Source: Eledone cirrhosa
Lineage: Eukaryota
Direction of reading: 5' to 3'
Assembly: GCA_964016885.1 (NCBI GenBank)
Contig: OZ024743.1
Coordinates: 143,282,001 to 143,346,000 of the forward strand
DNA: 64,000 nt
Shown: one piece after another, positions 25,101 to 37,611 of the stretch
Numbering within the stretch: the stretch's first letter is position 1
Layout of the letters: every line of letters starts with the position of its first letter
Made by a program: the position numbers and the translations under genes
Notes under the pieces: model-generated
The model's input: only the letters and a program-made list of their open reading frames with translations
Told to the model about the DNA's origin: nothing
Databases searched by the model: none

Positions 25101-28100
25101 CTAGGTGCTTGGTGTTTGGTGCTTGGTGCTTGGTGTTTGTACTTGGTGCTTGGTCCTTGGTTCTTGGTGTTTGGTGTTTGGTTTTTGGTGCTTGGTGCTT
25201 GGTGTTTGGTCCTTGCTGCTGGCTGCTTGGTGTTTGGTTCTTGGTGCTTGGTGCTTGGTGTTTGGTGCTTGGTGTTTGGTGCTTTGTGTTTGGTGCTTGG
25301 TGCTTGGTGTTTGGTGCTTGGTGCTTGGTGTTTGGTGCCTGGTGCTTGGTGCTTGGTGTTTGGTGTTTGGTGCTTGGTGCTTGAAGTTTGGTGTTTGGTG
25401 CTTGGTGCTTGGTCCTTGGTCTTCGGTGCTTGGTGTTTGGTGCTTGGTGTTTGGTGCTTGGTGCTTGGTGCTTGGTGCTTGGTGTTTGGTGCTTGGTGCT
25501 TGGTGTTTGGTGTTTGGTGCTTGGTGTTTGGTGCTTGGTACTTGGTGCTTGGTGTTAGGTATTTGGTGCTTGGTGCTTGGTGTTTGGTTTTTGGTGCTTG
25601 GTGCTTGGTGTTTGGTGTTTGGTGCTTGCTGCTGGCTGCTTGGTGTTTGGTGCTTGGTGCTTGGTGTTTGGTGCTTGGTGTTTGGTGTTTGGTGCTAGGT
25701 GCTTGGTGTTTGGTGCTTGGTGCTTGGTGTTTGGTGTTTGGTGTTTGGTGCTTGGTGCTTGATGTTTGGTGCTTGGTGCTGGGTGGTTGGTGTTTGGTGC
25801 TTGGTGTTTGGTGCTGGGTGCTTAGTGTTTGGTGCTTGGTGCTTGGTCTTTGGTGCTTGGTGTTTGGTGTTTGGTGCTTGGTGCTTGGTGTTTGGTGCTT
25901 GGTGCTTGGTGTTTGGTGTTTGGTGCTTGGTGTTTGGTGTTTGCTGTTTGCTGTTTGGTGTTTGTTGTTTGGTGTTTGTTGTTTGCTGTTTGGTGTTAGG
26001 TGTTTGATGTTTGCTGTTTGGTGTCTGCTTTTTGGTGTTTGGTGTTTGCTGTATGTTGTTTGCTGTTTGGTGTTTGGTGTTTGGTGCTTGGTGCTTGGTG
26101 TTTGGTGCTTGGTGCTTGGTGTTTGGTGCCTGGTGCTTGGTGCTTGGTGTTTGGTGTTTGGTGTTTGGTGCTTGGAGTTTGGTGTTTGGTGCTTGGTGCT
26201 TGGTGTTTTGTGTTTGGTGTTTGGTTTTGGTGCTTGGTGCTTGGTGCTTGGTCCTTGGTGTTTGGTGCTGGGTGCTTTGTGTTTTGTGCTTGGTGCTTGG
26301 TGCTTGGTGTTTGATGCTTGGTGCTTGGTGCTTGGTGTTTTGTGTTTGGTGCTTGGTGCTTGGTGTTTGGTGCTTGGTGCTTGGTGTTTGTACTTGGTGC
26401 TTGGTGCTTGGTGTTTGGTTCTTGGTGTTTCGTACTTGGTGCTTGGTGTTTGGTGTTTGGTGCTTGGTGTTTGGTGCTTGGTGCTTGGTGCTTGGTGTTA
26501 GGTGTTTGGTGCTTGGTGCTTGGTGTTTGGTGCTTCATGCTTGGTGCTTGGTGTTTGGTGCTTGGTTTTTGGAGCTTAGTTTCTGGTGCTTGGTGTTTGG
26601 TGCTTGGTGCTTGGTGTTTGGTGCTTGGTGTTAGGTGTTTGGTGCTTGGTGTTTGATCCTTGGTGCTTGGTGTTTGGTGTTTGGTGCTTGGTGTTTGGTG
26701 TTTGGTGCTTGCTGCTTGGTGTTTGGTGTTTTGGTGTTTTGTGCTAGGTGCTTGGTCTTTGGTGCTTGGTGTTTGGTGCTTGGTGCTTGGTGCTTGGTGT
26801 TTGGTGTTTGGTGCTTGGTGCTTGGTGTTTGGTGTTTGTTGTTTGGTGCTTGGTGTCTGGTGCTTGGTGTTTGGTGCTTGGTGTTTGGTGTTCGGTGTTT
26901 GGTGCTTTTTGCTTGGTGCTTGGTGTTTGGTGCTTGGTGCTTGGTGTTTGGTGCTGGGTGCTTGGTGCTTGGTGTTTGGTGTTTGGTGCTTGGTGCTTGG
27001 TGCTTGGTGATTGGTGTTTGGTGTTATATGCTTGGTGTTTGATGCTTGGTGCTTGGTGTTTGGTCTTTGGTGTTTGATGCTTGGTGCTTGGTGCTTTGTG
27101 TTTGGTGCTTGGTGCTTGGTGTTTGTACTTGGTGCTTGGTGCTTGGTGCTTGGTGTTTGGTGCTTGGTGCCTGGTGCTTGGTGTTTGGTGCTTGGTGTTT
27201 GGTGTTTGGTGCTTGGTGTTTGGTGCTTGGTGCTTGGTGTTAGGTGTTTGGTGCTTGGTGCTTGGTGCTTGGTGTTTGGTGCTTGGTGTTTGGTGCTTGG
27301 TGTTTGGTGCTTAGTGCTTGGTGCTTGGTGCTTGGTGCTTGGTGTTTGGTGGTTGGTGTTTGGTGCTTGGTGTTAGGTGTTTGGTGCTTGGTGCTTGGTG
27401 TTTGGTGTTTGGTGCTTGGTGCTTGAAGTTTGGTGTTTGGTGCTTGGTGCTTGGTGCTTGGTCCTTGGTCTTTGGTGCTTGGTGTTTGGTGCTTGGTGTT
27501 TGGTGCTTGGTGCTTGGTGCTTGGTGCTTGGTGTTTGGTGCTTGGTGCTTGGTGTTTGGTGTTTGGTGCTTGGTGTTTGGTGCTTGGTACTTGGTGCTTG
27601 GTGCTTGGTGTTAGATGTTTGGTGCTTGGTGCTTGGTGTCTGGTTTTTGGTGCTTGGTGCTTGGTGTTTGTTGTTTGGTGCTTGCTGCTGGCTGCTTGGT
27701 GTTTGGTGCTTGGTGATTGGTGCTAGGTGTTTGGTGCTAGGTGCTTGGTGTTTGGTGCTTGGTGCTTGGTGTTTGTACTTGGTGCTTGGTGTTTGGTGCT
27801 TGGTGCTTGGTGTTTGGTGTTTGGTGTTTGGTGCTTGGTGTTTGGTGCTTGGTACTTGGTGCTTGGTGCTTGGTGTTAGGTGTTTGGTGCTTGGTGCTTG
27901 GTGTTTGGTGTTTGGTGCTGGCTGCTTGGTGTTTGATGCTTGGTGATTGGTGCTTGGTGTTTGGTGCTTGGTGTTTGGTGTTTGGTGCTAGGTGCTTGGT
28001 GCTTGGTGTTTGGTGCTTAGTGCTTGGTGTTTGGTGCTTGGTGCTTGGTGCTTGGTGCTTGGTGTTTGGTGGTTGGTGTTTGGTGCTTGGTGTTAGGTGT

Positions 28101-31100
28101 TTGGTGCTTGGTGCTTGGTGTTTGGTGTTTGGTGCTTGGTGTTTTGTGTTTGGTGTTTGGTGCTTGGTGCTTGGTGGTTGGTGCTTGCTGCTTGGTGCTT
28201 GGTGCTTGGTGTTTGGTGGTTGGTGTTTGGTACTTGGTGTTAGGTGTTTGGTGCTTGGTGTTTGGTCTTTTGGTGTTTTGTGCTAGGTGCTTGGTGTTTG
28301 GTACTTGGTGATTGGTGCTTGGTGCTTCGTGTTTTGTGTTTGGTGTTTGGTTTTTGGTGCTTGGTGTTTGGTGCTTGGTGCTTGGTGCTTGGTGTTTGGT
28401 GTTTGGTGCTTGGTGCTTGGTGTTTGGTGTTTGTTGTTTGGTGCTTGGTGTCTGGTGCTTGGTGTTTGGTGCTTGGTGTTTGGTGTTCGGTGTTTGGTGC
28501 TTTTTGCTTGGTGCTTGGTGCTTGGTGTTTGGTGCTTGGTGCTTGGTGTTTGGTGCTGGGTGCTTGGTGCTTGGTGTTTGGTGTTTGGTGCTTGGTGCTT
28601 GGTGATTGGTGTTTGGTGTTATATGCTTGGTGTTTGATGCTTGGTGCTTGGTGCTTGGTGTTTGGTCTTTGGTGTTTGATGCTTGGTGCTTGGTGCTTGG
28701 TGTTTGGTGCTTGGTGCTTGGTGTTTGTACTTGGTACTTGGTGCTTGGTGCTTGGTGTTTGGTGCTTGGTGTTTGGTGCTTGGTGCTTGGTGTTTGGTGG
28801 TTGGTGTTTGGTGTTAGGTGTTTGGTGCTTGGTGCTTGGTGTTTGGTGTTTGGTGCTTGGTGTTTGGTGTTTGGTGCTTGGTGCTTGGTACTTGGGGCTT
28901 GGTGCTTGGTGTTAGGTGTTTGGTGCTTGGTGCTTGGTGCTTGGTGTTTGGTGCTTGGTGTTTGGTGCTTGGTGTATGGTGCTTGGTGCTTGGTGCTTGG
29001 TGCTTGGTGTTTGGTGGTTGGTGTTTGGTGCTTGGTGTTAGGTGTTTGGTGCTTGGTGCTTGGTGTTTGGTATTTGGTGCTTGGTGTTTGGTGTTTGGTG
29101 CTTGGTGTTTGGTGCTTTTTGCTTGGTGCTTGGTGTTTGATGCTTGGTGCTTGGTGTTTGGTGCTGGGTGCTTGGTGCTTGGTGTTTGGTGTTTGGTGCT
29201 TGGTGTTTGGTGTTTGGTGTTATATGCTTGGTGTTTGATGCTTGGTGCTTGGTGCTTGTTGTTTGGTGTTTGGTGCTTGGTGTTTGATGCTTGGTGCTTG
29301 GTGCTTGGTGTTTGGTGCTTGGTGCTTGGTGTTTGGTGCTTGGTGCTTGGTGTTTGGTGCTTGGTGTTTGGTGCTTGGTGCTTGGTGCTTGGTGCTTGAT
29401 GTTTGGTGGTTGGTGCTTGGTGCTTGGTGTTAGGTGTTTGGTGCTTGGTGCTTGGTGTTTGGTGTTTGGTGCTTGGTGTTTGGTGCTTGGTACTTGGTGC
29501 TTGGTGTTCGGTGTTTGGTGCTTGGTGCTAGGTGTCTGGTTTTTGGTGCTTGGTGCTTGGTGTTTGGTGTTTGGTGCTTGCTGCTGGCTGCTTGGTGTTT
29601 GGTGCTTGGTGATTGGTGCTAGGTGTTTGGTGCTAGGTGCTTGGTGTTTGGTGCTTGGTGCTTGGTGTTTGTACTTGGTGCTTGGTGCTTGGTTCTTGGT
29701 GTTTGGTGCTTGGTGCTTGGTGTTTGGTGCTTGGTGCTTGGTGTTTGGTGTTTGGTGCTTGGTGTTTGGTGCTTGGTGCTTGGTGCTTGGTGTTTGGTGC
29801 TTGGTGTTTGGTGCTTGGTGTTAGGTGTTTGGTGCTTGGTGCTTGGTGTTTGGTGTTTGGTGCTTGGTGTTTGGTGTTTGGTGTTATAAGCTTGGTGTTT
29901 GATGCTTGGTGCTTGGTGCTTGGTGTTTGGTGCTTGGTGTTTGATGCTTGGTGCTTGGTGCTTGGTGTTTGGTGCTTGGTGCTTGGTGTTTGTACTTGGT
30001 GCTTGGTGCTTGGTTCTTGGTGTTTGGTGCTTGGTGCTTGGTGTTTGGTGCTTGGTGCTTGGTGTTTGGTGCTTGGTGTTTGGTGCTTGGTGTTTGGTGC
30101 TTGGTGCTTGGTGCTTGGTGCTTGGTGTTTGGTGCTTGGTGTTTGGTGCTTGGTGTTAGGTGTTAGTTGCTTGATGTTTGGTGTTTGGTGCTTGGTGTTT
30201 GGTCTTAGGTGTTTGGTGCTTGGTGTTTGGTGCTTGGTGTTTGGTTTTTGGTGCTTGGTGCTTGGTGTTTGGTGTTTGGTGCTTGCTGCTGGCTGCTTGG
30301 TGTTTGGTGCTTGGTGCTTGGTGTTTGGTGCTTGGTGTTTGGTGTTTGGTGCTAGGTGCTTGGTGTTTGGTGCTTGGTGCTTGGTGTTTGGTGTTTGGTG
30401 TTTGGTGCTTGGTGCTTGATGTTTGGTGCTTGGTGCTGGGTGGTTGGTGTTTGGTGCTTGGTGTTTGGTGCTGGGTGCTTAGTGTTTGGTGCTTGGTGCT
30501 TGGTCTTTGGTGCTTGGTGTTTGGTGTTTGGTGCTTGGTGCTTGGTGTTTGGTGCTTGGTGCTTGGTGTTTGGTGTTTGGTGCTTGGTGTTTGGTGTTTG
30601 CTGTTTGCTGTTTGGTGTTTGTTGTTTGGTGTTTGTTGTTTGCTGTTTGGTGTTAGGTGTTTGATGTTTGCTGTTTGGTGTCTGCTTTTTGGTGTTTGGT
30701 GTTTGCTGTATGTTGTTTGCTGTTTGGTGTTTGGTGTTTGGTGCTTGGTGCTTGGTGTTTGGTGCTTGGTGCTTGGTGTTTGGTGCCTGGTGCTTGGTGC
30801 TTGGTGTTTGGTGTTTGGTGTTTGGTGCTTGGAGTTTGGTGTTTGGTGCTTGGTGCTTGGTGTTTTGTGTTTGGTGTTTGGTTTTGGTGCTTGGTGCTTG
30901 GTGCTTGGTCCTTGGTGTTTGGTGCTGGGTGCTTTGTGTTTTGTGCTTGGTGCTTGGTGCTTGGTGTTTGATGCTTGGTGCTTGGTGCTTGGTGTTTTGT
31001 GTTTGGTGCTTGGTGCTTGGTGTTTGGTGCTTGGTGCTTGGTGTTTGTACTTGGTGCTTGGTGCTTGGTGTTTGGTTCTTGGTGTTTCGTACTTGGTGCT

Positions 31101-34100
31101 TGGTGTTTGGTGTTTGGTGCTTGGTGTTTGGTGCTTGGTGCTTGGTGCTTGGTGTTAGGTGTTTGGTGCTTGGTGCTTGGTGTTTGGTGCTTCATGCTTG
31201 GTGCTTGGTGTTTGGTGCTTGGTTTTTGGAGCTTAGTTTCTGGTGCTTGGTGTTTGGTGCTTGGTGCTTGGTGTTTGGTGCTTGGTGTTAGGTGTTTGGT
31301 GCTTGGTGTTTGATCCTTGGTGCTTGGTGTTTGGTGTTTGGTGCTTGGTGTTTGGTGTTTGGTGCTTGCTGCTTGGTGTTTGGTGTTTTGGTGTTTTGTG
31401 CTAGGTGCTTGGTCTTTGGTGCTTGGTGTTTGGTGCTTGGTGCTTGGTGCTTGGTGTTTGGTGTTTGGTGCTTGGTGCTTGGTGTTTGGTGTTTGTTGTT
31501 TGGTGCTTGGTGTCTGGTGCTTGGTGTTTGGTGCTTGGTGTTTGGTGTTCGGTGTTTGGTGCTTTTTGCTTGGTGCTTGGTGTTTGGTGCTTGGTGCTTG
31601 GTGTTTGGTGCTGGGTGCTTGGTGCTTGGTGTTTGGTGTTTGGTGCTTGGTGCTTGGTGCTTGGTGATTGGTGTTTGGTGTTATATGCTTGGTGTTTGAT
31701 GCTTGGTGCTTGGTGTTTGGTCTTTGGTGTTTGATGCTTGGTGCTTGGTGCTTTGTGTTTGGTGCTTGGTGCTTGGTGTTTGTACTTGGTGCTTGGTGCT
31801 TGGTGCTTGGTGTTTGGTGCTTGGTGCCTGGTGCTTGGTGTTTGGTGCTTGGTGTTTGGTGTTTGGTGCTTGGTGTTTGGTGCTTGGTGCTTGGTGTTAG
31901 GTGTTTGGTGCTTGGTGCTTGGTGCTTGGTGTTTGGTGCTTGGTGTTTGGTGCTTGGTGTTTGGTGCTTAGTGCTTGGTGCTTGGTGCTTGGTGCTTGGT
32001 GTTTGGTGGTTGGTGTTTGGTGCTTGGTGTTAGGTGTTTGGTGCTTGGTGCTTGGTGTTTGGTGTTTGGTGCTTGGTGCTTGAAGTTTGGTGTTTGGTGC
32101 TTGGTGCTTGGTGCTTGGTCCTTGGTCTTTGGTGCTTGGTGTTTGGTGCTTGGTGTTTGGTGCTTGGTGCTTGGTGCTTGGTGCTTGGTGTTTGGTGCTT
32201 GGTGCTTGGTGTTTGGTGTTTGGTGCTTGGTGTTTGGTGCTTGGTACTTGGTGCTTGGTGCTTGGTGTTAGATGTTTGGTGCTTGGTGCTTGGTGTCTGG
32301 TTTTTGGTGCTTGGTGCTTGGTGTTTGTTGTTTGGTGCTTGCTGCTGGCTGCTTGGTGTTTGGTGCTTGGTGATTGGTGCTAGGTGTTTGGTGCTAGGTG
32401 CTTGGTGTTTGGTGCTTGGTGCTTGGTGTTTGTACTTGGTGCTTGGTGTTTGGTGCTTGGTGCTTGGTGTTTGGTGTTTGGTGTTTGGTGCTTGGTGTTT
32501 GGTGCTTGGTACTTGGTGCTTGGTGCTTGGTGTTAGGTGTTTGGTGCTTGGTGCTTGGTGTTTGGTGTTTGGTGCTGGCTGCTTGGTGTTTGATGCTTGG
32601 TGATTGGTGCTTGGTGTTTGGTGCTTGGTGTTTGGTGTTTGGTGCTAGGTGCTTGGTGCTTGGTGTTTGGTGCTTAGTGCTTGGTGTTTGGTGCTTGGTG
32701 CTTGGTGCTTGGTGCTTGGTGTTTGGTGGTTGGTGTTTGGTGCTTGGTGTTAGGTGTTTGGTGCTTGGTGCTTGGTGTTTGGTGTTTGGTGCTTGGTGTT
32801 TTGTGTTTGGTGTTTGGTGCTTGGTGCTTGGTGGTTGGTGCTTGCTGCTTGGTGCTTGGTGCTTGGTGTTTGGTGGTTGGTGTTTGGTACTTGGTGTTAG
32901 GTGTTTGGTGCTTGGTGTTTGGTCTTTTGGTGTTTTGTGCTAGGTGCTTGGTGTTTGGTACTTGGTGATTGGTGCTTGGTGCTTCGTGTTTTGTGTTTGG
33001 TGTTTGGTTTTTGGTGCTTGGTGTTTGGTGCTTGGTGCTTGGTGCTTGGTGTTTGGTGTTTGGTGCTTGGTGCTTGGTGTTTGGTGTTTGTTGTTTGGTG
33101 CTTGGTGTCTGGTGCTTGGTGTTTGGTGCTTGGTGTTTGGTGTTCGGTGTTTGGTGCTTTTTGCTTGGTGCTTGGTGCTTGGTGTTTGGTGCTTGGTGCT
33201 TGGTGTTTGGTGCTGGGTGCTTGGTGCTTGGTGTTTGGTGTTTGGTGCTTGGTGCTTGGTGATTGGTGTTTGGTGTTATATGCTTGGTGTTTGATGCTTG
33301 GTGCTTGGTGCTTGGTGTTTGGTCTTTGGTGTTTGATGCTTGGTGCTTGGTGCTTGGTGTTTGGTGCTTGGTGCTTGGTGTTTGTACTTGGTACTTGGTG
33401 CTTGGTGCTTGGTGTTTGGTGCTTGGTGTTTGGTGCTTGGTGCTTGGTGTTTGGTGGTTGGTGTTTGGTGTTAGGTGTTTGGTGCTTGGTGCTTGGTGTT
33501 TGGTGTTTGGTGCTTGGTGTTTGGTGTTTGGTGCTTGGTGCTTGGTACTTGGGGCTTGGTGCTTGGTGTTAGGTGTTTGGTGCTTGGTGCTTGGTGCTTG
33601 GTGTTTGGTGCTTGGTGTTTGGTGCTTGGTGTATGGTGCTTGGTGCTTGGTGCTTGGTGCTTGGTGTTTGGTGGTTGGTGTTTGGTGCTTGGTGTTAGGT
33701 GTTTGGTGCTTGGTGCTTGGTGTTTGGTATTTGGTGCTTGGTGTTTGGTGTTTGGTGCTTGGTGTTTGGTGCTTTTTGCTTGGTGCTTGGTGTTTGATGC
33801 TTGGTGCTTGGTGTTTGGTGCTGGGTGCTTGGTGCTTGGTGTTTGGTGTTTGGTGCTTGGTGTTTGGTGTTTGGTGTTATATGCTTGGTGTTTGATGCTT
33901 GGTGCTTGGTGCTTGTTGTTTGGTGTTTGGTGCTTGGTGTTTGATGCTTGGTGCTTGGTGCTTGGTGTTTGGTGCTTGGTGCTTGGTGTTTGGTGCTTGG
34001 TGCTTGGTGTTTGGTGCTTGGTGTTTGGTGCTTGGTGCTTGGTGCTTGGTGCTTGATGTTTGGTGGTTGGTGCTTGGTGCTTGGTGTTAGGTGTTTGGTG

Positions 34101-37100
34101 CTTGGTGCTTGGTGTTTGGTGTTTGGTGCTTGGTGTTTGGTGCTTGGTACTTGGTGCTTGGTGTTCGGTGTTTGGTGCTTGGTGCTAGGTGTCTGGTTTT
34201 TGGTGCTTGGTGCTTGGTGTTTGGTGTTTGGTGCTTGCTGCTGGCTGCTTGGTGTTTGGTGCTTGGTGATTGGTGCTAGGTGTTTGGTGCTAGGTGCTTG
34301 GTGTTTGGTGCTTGGTGCTTGGTGTTTGTACTTGGTGCTTGGTGCTTGGTTCTTGGTGTTTGGTGCTTGGTGCTTGGTGTTTGGTGCTTGGTGCTTGGTG
34401 TTTGGTGTTTGGTGCTTGGTGTTTGGTGCTTGGTGCTTGGTGCTTGGTGTTTGGTGCTTGGTGTTTGGTGCTTGGTGTTAGGTGTTTGGTGCTTGGTGCT
34501 TGGTGTTTGGTGTTTGGTGCTTGGTGTTTGGTGTTTGGTGTTATAAGCTTGGTGTTTGATGCTTGGTGCTTGGTGCTTGGTGTTTGGTGCTTGGTGTTTG
34601 ATGCTTGGTGCTTGGTGCTTGGTGTTTGGTGCTTGGTGCTTGGTGTTTGTACTTGGTGCTTGGTGCTTGGTTCTTGGTGTTTGGTGCTTGGTGCTTGGTG
34701 TTTGGTGCTTGGTGCTTGGTGTTTGGTGCTTGGTGTTTGGTGCTTGGTGTTTGGTGCTTGGTGCTTGGTGCTTGGTGCTTGGTGTTTGGTGCTTGGTGTT
34801 TGGTGCTTGGTGTTAGGTGTTAGTTGCTTGATGTTTGGTGTTTGGTGCTTGGTGTTTGGTCTTAGGTGTTTGGTGCTTGGTGTTTGGTGCTTGGTGTTTG
34901 GTGCTTGGTGCTTGGTGTTTGGTGTTTGGTGCTTGGTGTTTGGTGCTTGGTACTTGGTGCTTGGTGCTTGGTGTTAGGTGTTTGGTGCTTGGTGCTTGGT
35001 GTTTGGTTTTTGGTGCTTGGTGTTTGGTGTTTGGTGCTGGCTGCTTCGTGTTTGATGCTTGGTGATTGGTGCTTGGTGTTTGGTGCTTGGTGTTTGGTGT
35101 TTGGTGCTAGGTGATTGGTGCTTGGTGTTTGGTGCTTGGTGCTTGGTGCTTGGTGTTTGGTGCTTGGTGTTTGGTGCTTGGTGCTTGGTGTTTGGTGTTT
35201 GGTGCTTGGTGCTTGGTGCTTGGTGCTTGGTGTTTGGTGCTTGGAGTTTGGTGCTTGGTGTTAGGTGTTTGGTGCTTGGTGTTTGGTGCTTGGTGCTTGG
35301 TGTTTGGTGCTTGGTGTTTGGTGCTTGGTGTTAGGTGTTTGGTGCTTGGTGCTTGGTGTTTGTTTTTTGGTGCTTGGTGCTTGGTGTTTGGTGTTTGGTC
35401 CTTGCTGCTGGCTGCTTGGTGTTTGGTTCTTGGTGATTGGTGCTTGGTGTTTGGTGCTTGGTGTTTGGTGTTTGGTGCTAGGTGCTTGGTGTTTGGTGCT
35501 TGGTGCTTGGTGTTTGTACTTGGTGCTTGGTCCTTGGTTCTTGGTGTTTGGTGTTTGGTTTTTGGTGCTTGGTGCTTGGTGTTTGGTGTTTGGTCCTTGC
35601 TGCTGGCTGCTTGGTGTTTGGTTCTTGGTGCTTGGTGCTTGGTGTTTGGTGCTTGGTGTTTGGTGCTTGGTGTTTGGTGCTTGGTGTTTGGTGCTTGGTG
35701 CTTGGTGTTTGGTGCTTGGTGCTTGGTGTTTGGTGCCTGGTGCTTGGTGTTTGGTGTTTGGTGCTTGGTGCTTGAAGTTTGGTGTTTGGTGCTTGGTGCT
35801 TGGTGCTTGGTCCTTGGTCTTTGGTGCTTGGTGTTTGGTGCTTGGTGTTTGGTGCTTGGTGCTTGGTGCTTGGTGTTTGGTGCTTGGTGCTTGGTGTTTG
35901 GTGTTTGGTGCTTGGTGTTTGGTGCTTGGTACTTGGTGCTTGGTGTTAGGTATTTGGTGCTTGGTGCTTGGTGTTTGGTTTTTGGTGCTTGGTGCTTGGT
36001 GTTTGGTGTTTGGTGCTTGCTGCTGGCTGCTTGGTGTTTGGTGCTTGGTGCTTGGTGTTTGGTGCTTGGTGTTTGGTGTTAGGTGCTAGGTGCTTGGTGT
36101 TTGGTGCTTGGTGCTTGGTGTTTGGTGTTTGGTGTTTGGTGCTTGGTGCTTGATGTTTGGTGCTTGGTGCTGGGTGGTTGGTGTTTGGTGCTTGGTGTTT
36201 GGTGCTGGGTGCTTGGTGTTTGGTGCTTGGTGCTTGGTCTTTGGTGCTTGGTGTTTGGTGTTTGGTGCTTGGTGCTTGGTGTTTGGTGCTTGGTGCTTGG
36301 TGTTTGGTGCTTGGTGCTTGGTGCTTAGTGTTTGGTGCTAGGTGCTTGGGGTTTGGTGTTTGGTGCTTGGTGCTTGGTGTTTGGTGCTTGGTGCTTGGTG
36401 TTTGGTGTTTGGTGCTTGGTGCTTGGTGTTTGGTGTTTGCTGTTTGCTGTTTGGTGTTTGTTGTTTGGTGTTTGTTGTTTGCTGTTTGGTGTTAGGTGTT
36501 TGATGTTTGCTGTTTGGTGTCTGCTTTTTGGTGTTTGGTGTTTGCTGTATGTTGTTTGCTGTTTGGTGTTTGGTGTTTGGTGCTTGGTGCTTGGTGTTTG
36601 GTGCTTGGTGCTTGGTGTTTGGTGCCTGGTGCTTGGTGCTTGGTGTTTGGTGTTTGGTGTTTGGTGCTTGGAGTTTGGTGTTTGGTGCTTGGTGCTTGGT
36701 GTTTTGTGTTTGGTGTTTGGTTTTGGTGCTTGGTGCTTGGTGCTTGGTCCTTGGTGTTTGGTGCTGGGTGCTTTGTGTTTTGTGCTTGGTGCTTGGTGCT
36801 TGGTGTTTGATGCTTGGTGCTTGGTGCTTGGTGTTTTGTGTTTGGTGCTTGGTGCTTGGTGTTTGGTGCTTGGTGCTTGGTGCTTGGTGTTTGTACTTGG
36901 TGCTTGGTGCTTGGTGTTTGGTTCTTGGTGTTTCGTACTTGGTGCTTGGTGTTTGGTGTTTGGTGCTTGGTGTTTGGTGCTTGGTGCTTGGTGCTTGCTG
37001 TTAGGTGTTTGGTGCTTGGTGCTTGGTGTTTGGTGCTTCATGCTTGGTGCTTGGTGTTTGGTGCTTGGTTTTTGGAGCTTAGTTTCTGGTGCTTGGTGTT

Positions 37101-37611
37101 TGGTTCTTGGTGCTTGGTGCTTGGTGTTTGGTGCTTGGTGTTAGGTGTTTGGTGCTTGGTGTTTGATCCTTGGTGCTTGGTGTTTGGTGTTTGGTGCTTG
37201 GTGTTTGGTGTTTGGTGCTTGCTGCTTGGTGTTTGGTGTTTTGGTGTTTTGTGCTAGGTGCTTGGTGTTTGGTACTTGGTGATTGGTGCTTGGTGCTTCG
37301 TGTTTTGTGTTTGGTGTTTGGTCTTTGGTGCTTGGTGTTTGGTGCTTGGTGCTTGGTGCTTGGTGTTTGGTGTTTGGTGCTTGGTGCTTGGTGTTTGGTG
37401 TTTGTTGTTTGGTGCTTGGTGTCTGGTGCTTGGTGTTTGGTGCTTGGTGTTTGGTGTTCGGTGTTTGGTGCTTTTTGCTTGGTGCTTGGTGTTTGGTGCT
37501 TGGTGCTTGGTGTTTGGTGCTGGGTGCTTGGTGCTTGGTGTTTGGTGTTTGGTGCTTGGTGCTTGGTGTTTGGTGATTGGTGTTTGGTGTTATATGCTTG
37601 GTGTTTGATGC
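19171..37611 (+). repeat. B-type HOR domain (unit ~5.7-5.8 kb)
   Basis: Markers not seen in A domains: TTCATGC..TTGGAGCTTAGTTTCTGG..TTGATCC at ~20.8, 26.5, 31.2 and 37.0 kb (spacings 5741, 4657, 5846); GTTATAAGC at ~24.18, 29.88 and 34.54 kb; frequent TTGGTGG. The A markers TGAGTGG, TTGAGTC and TTGAGGC are absent. Confidence 0.85.
25570..34902 (+). repeat. Apparently exact 4,657-bp tandem duplication (25570-30226 and 30227-34883)
   Basis: Identical ORF translations at a constant +4657 offset, e.g. 25699/30356, 26000/30657, 27741/32398, 28818/33475, 29948/34605. The private variant TTGGGGC is present in both copies. Confidence 0.93.
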
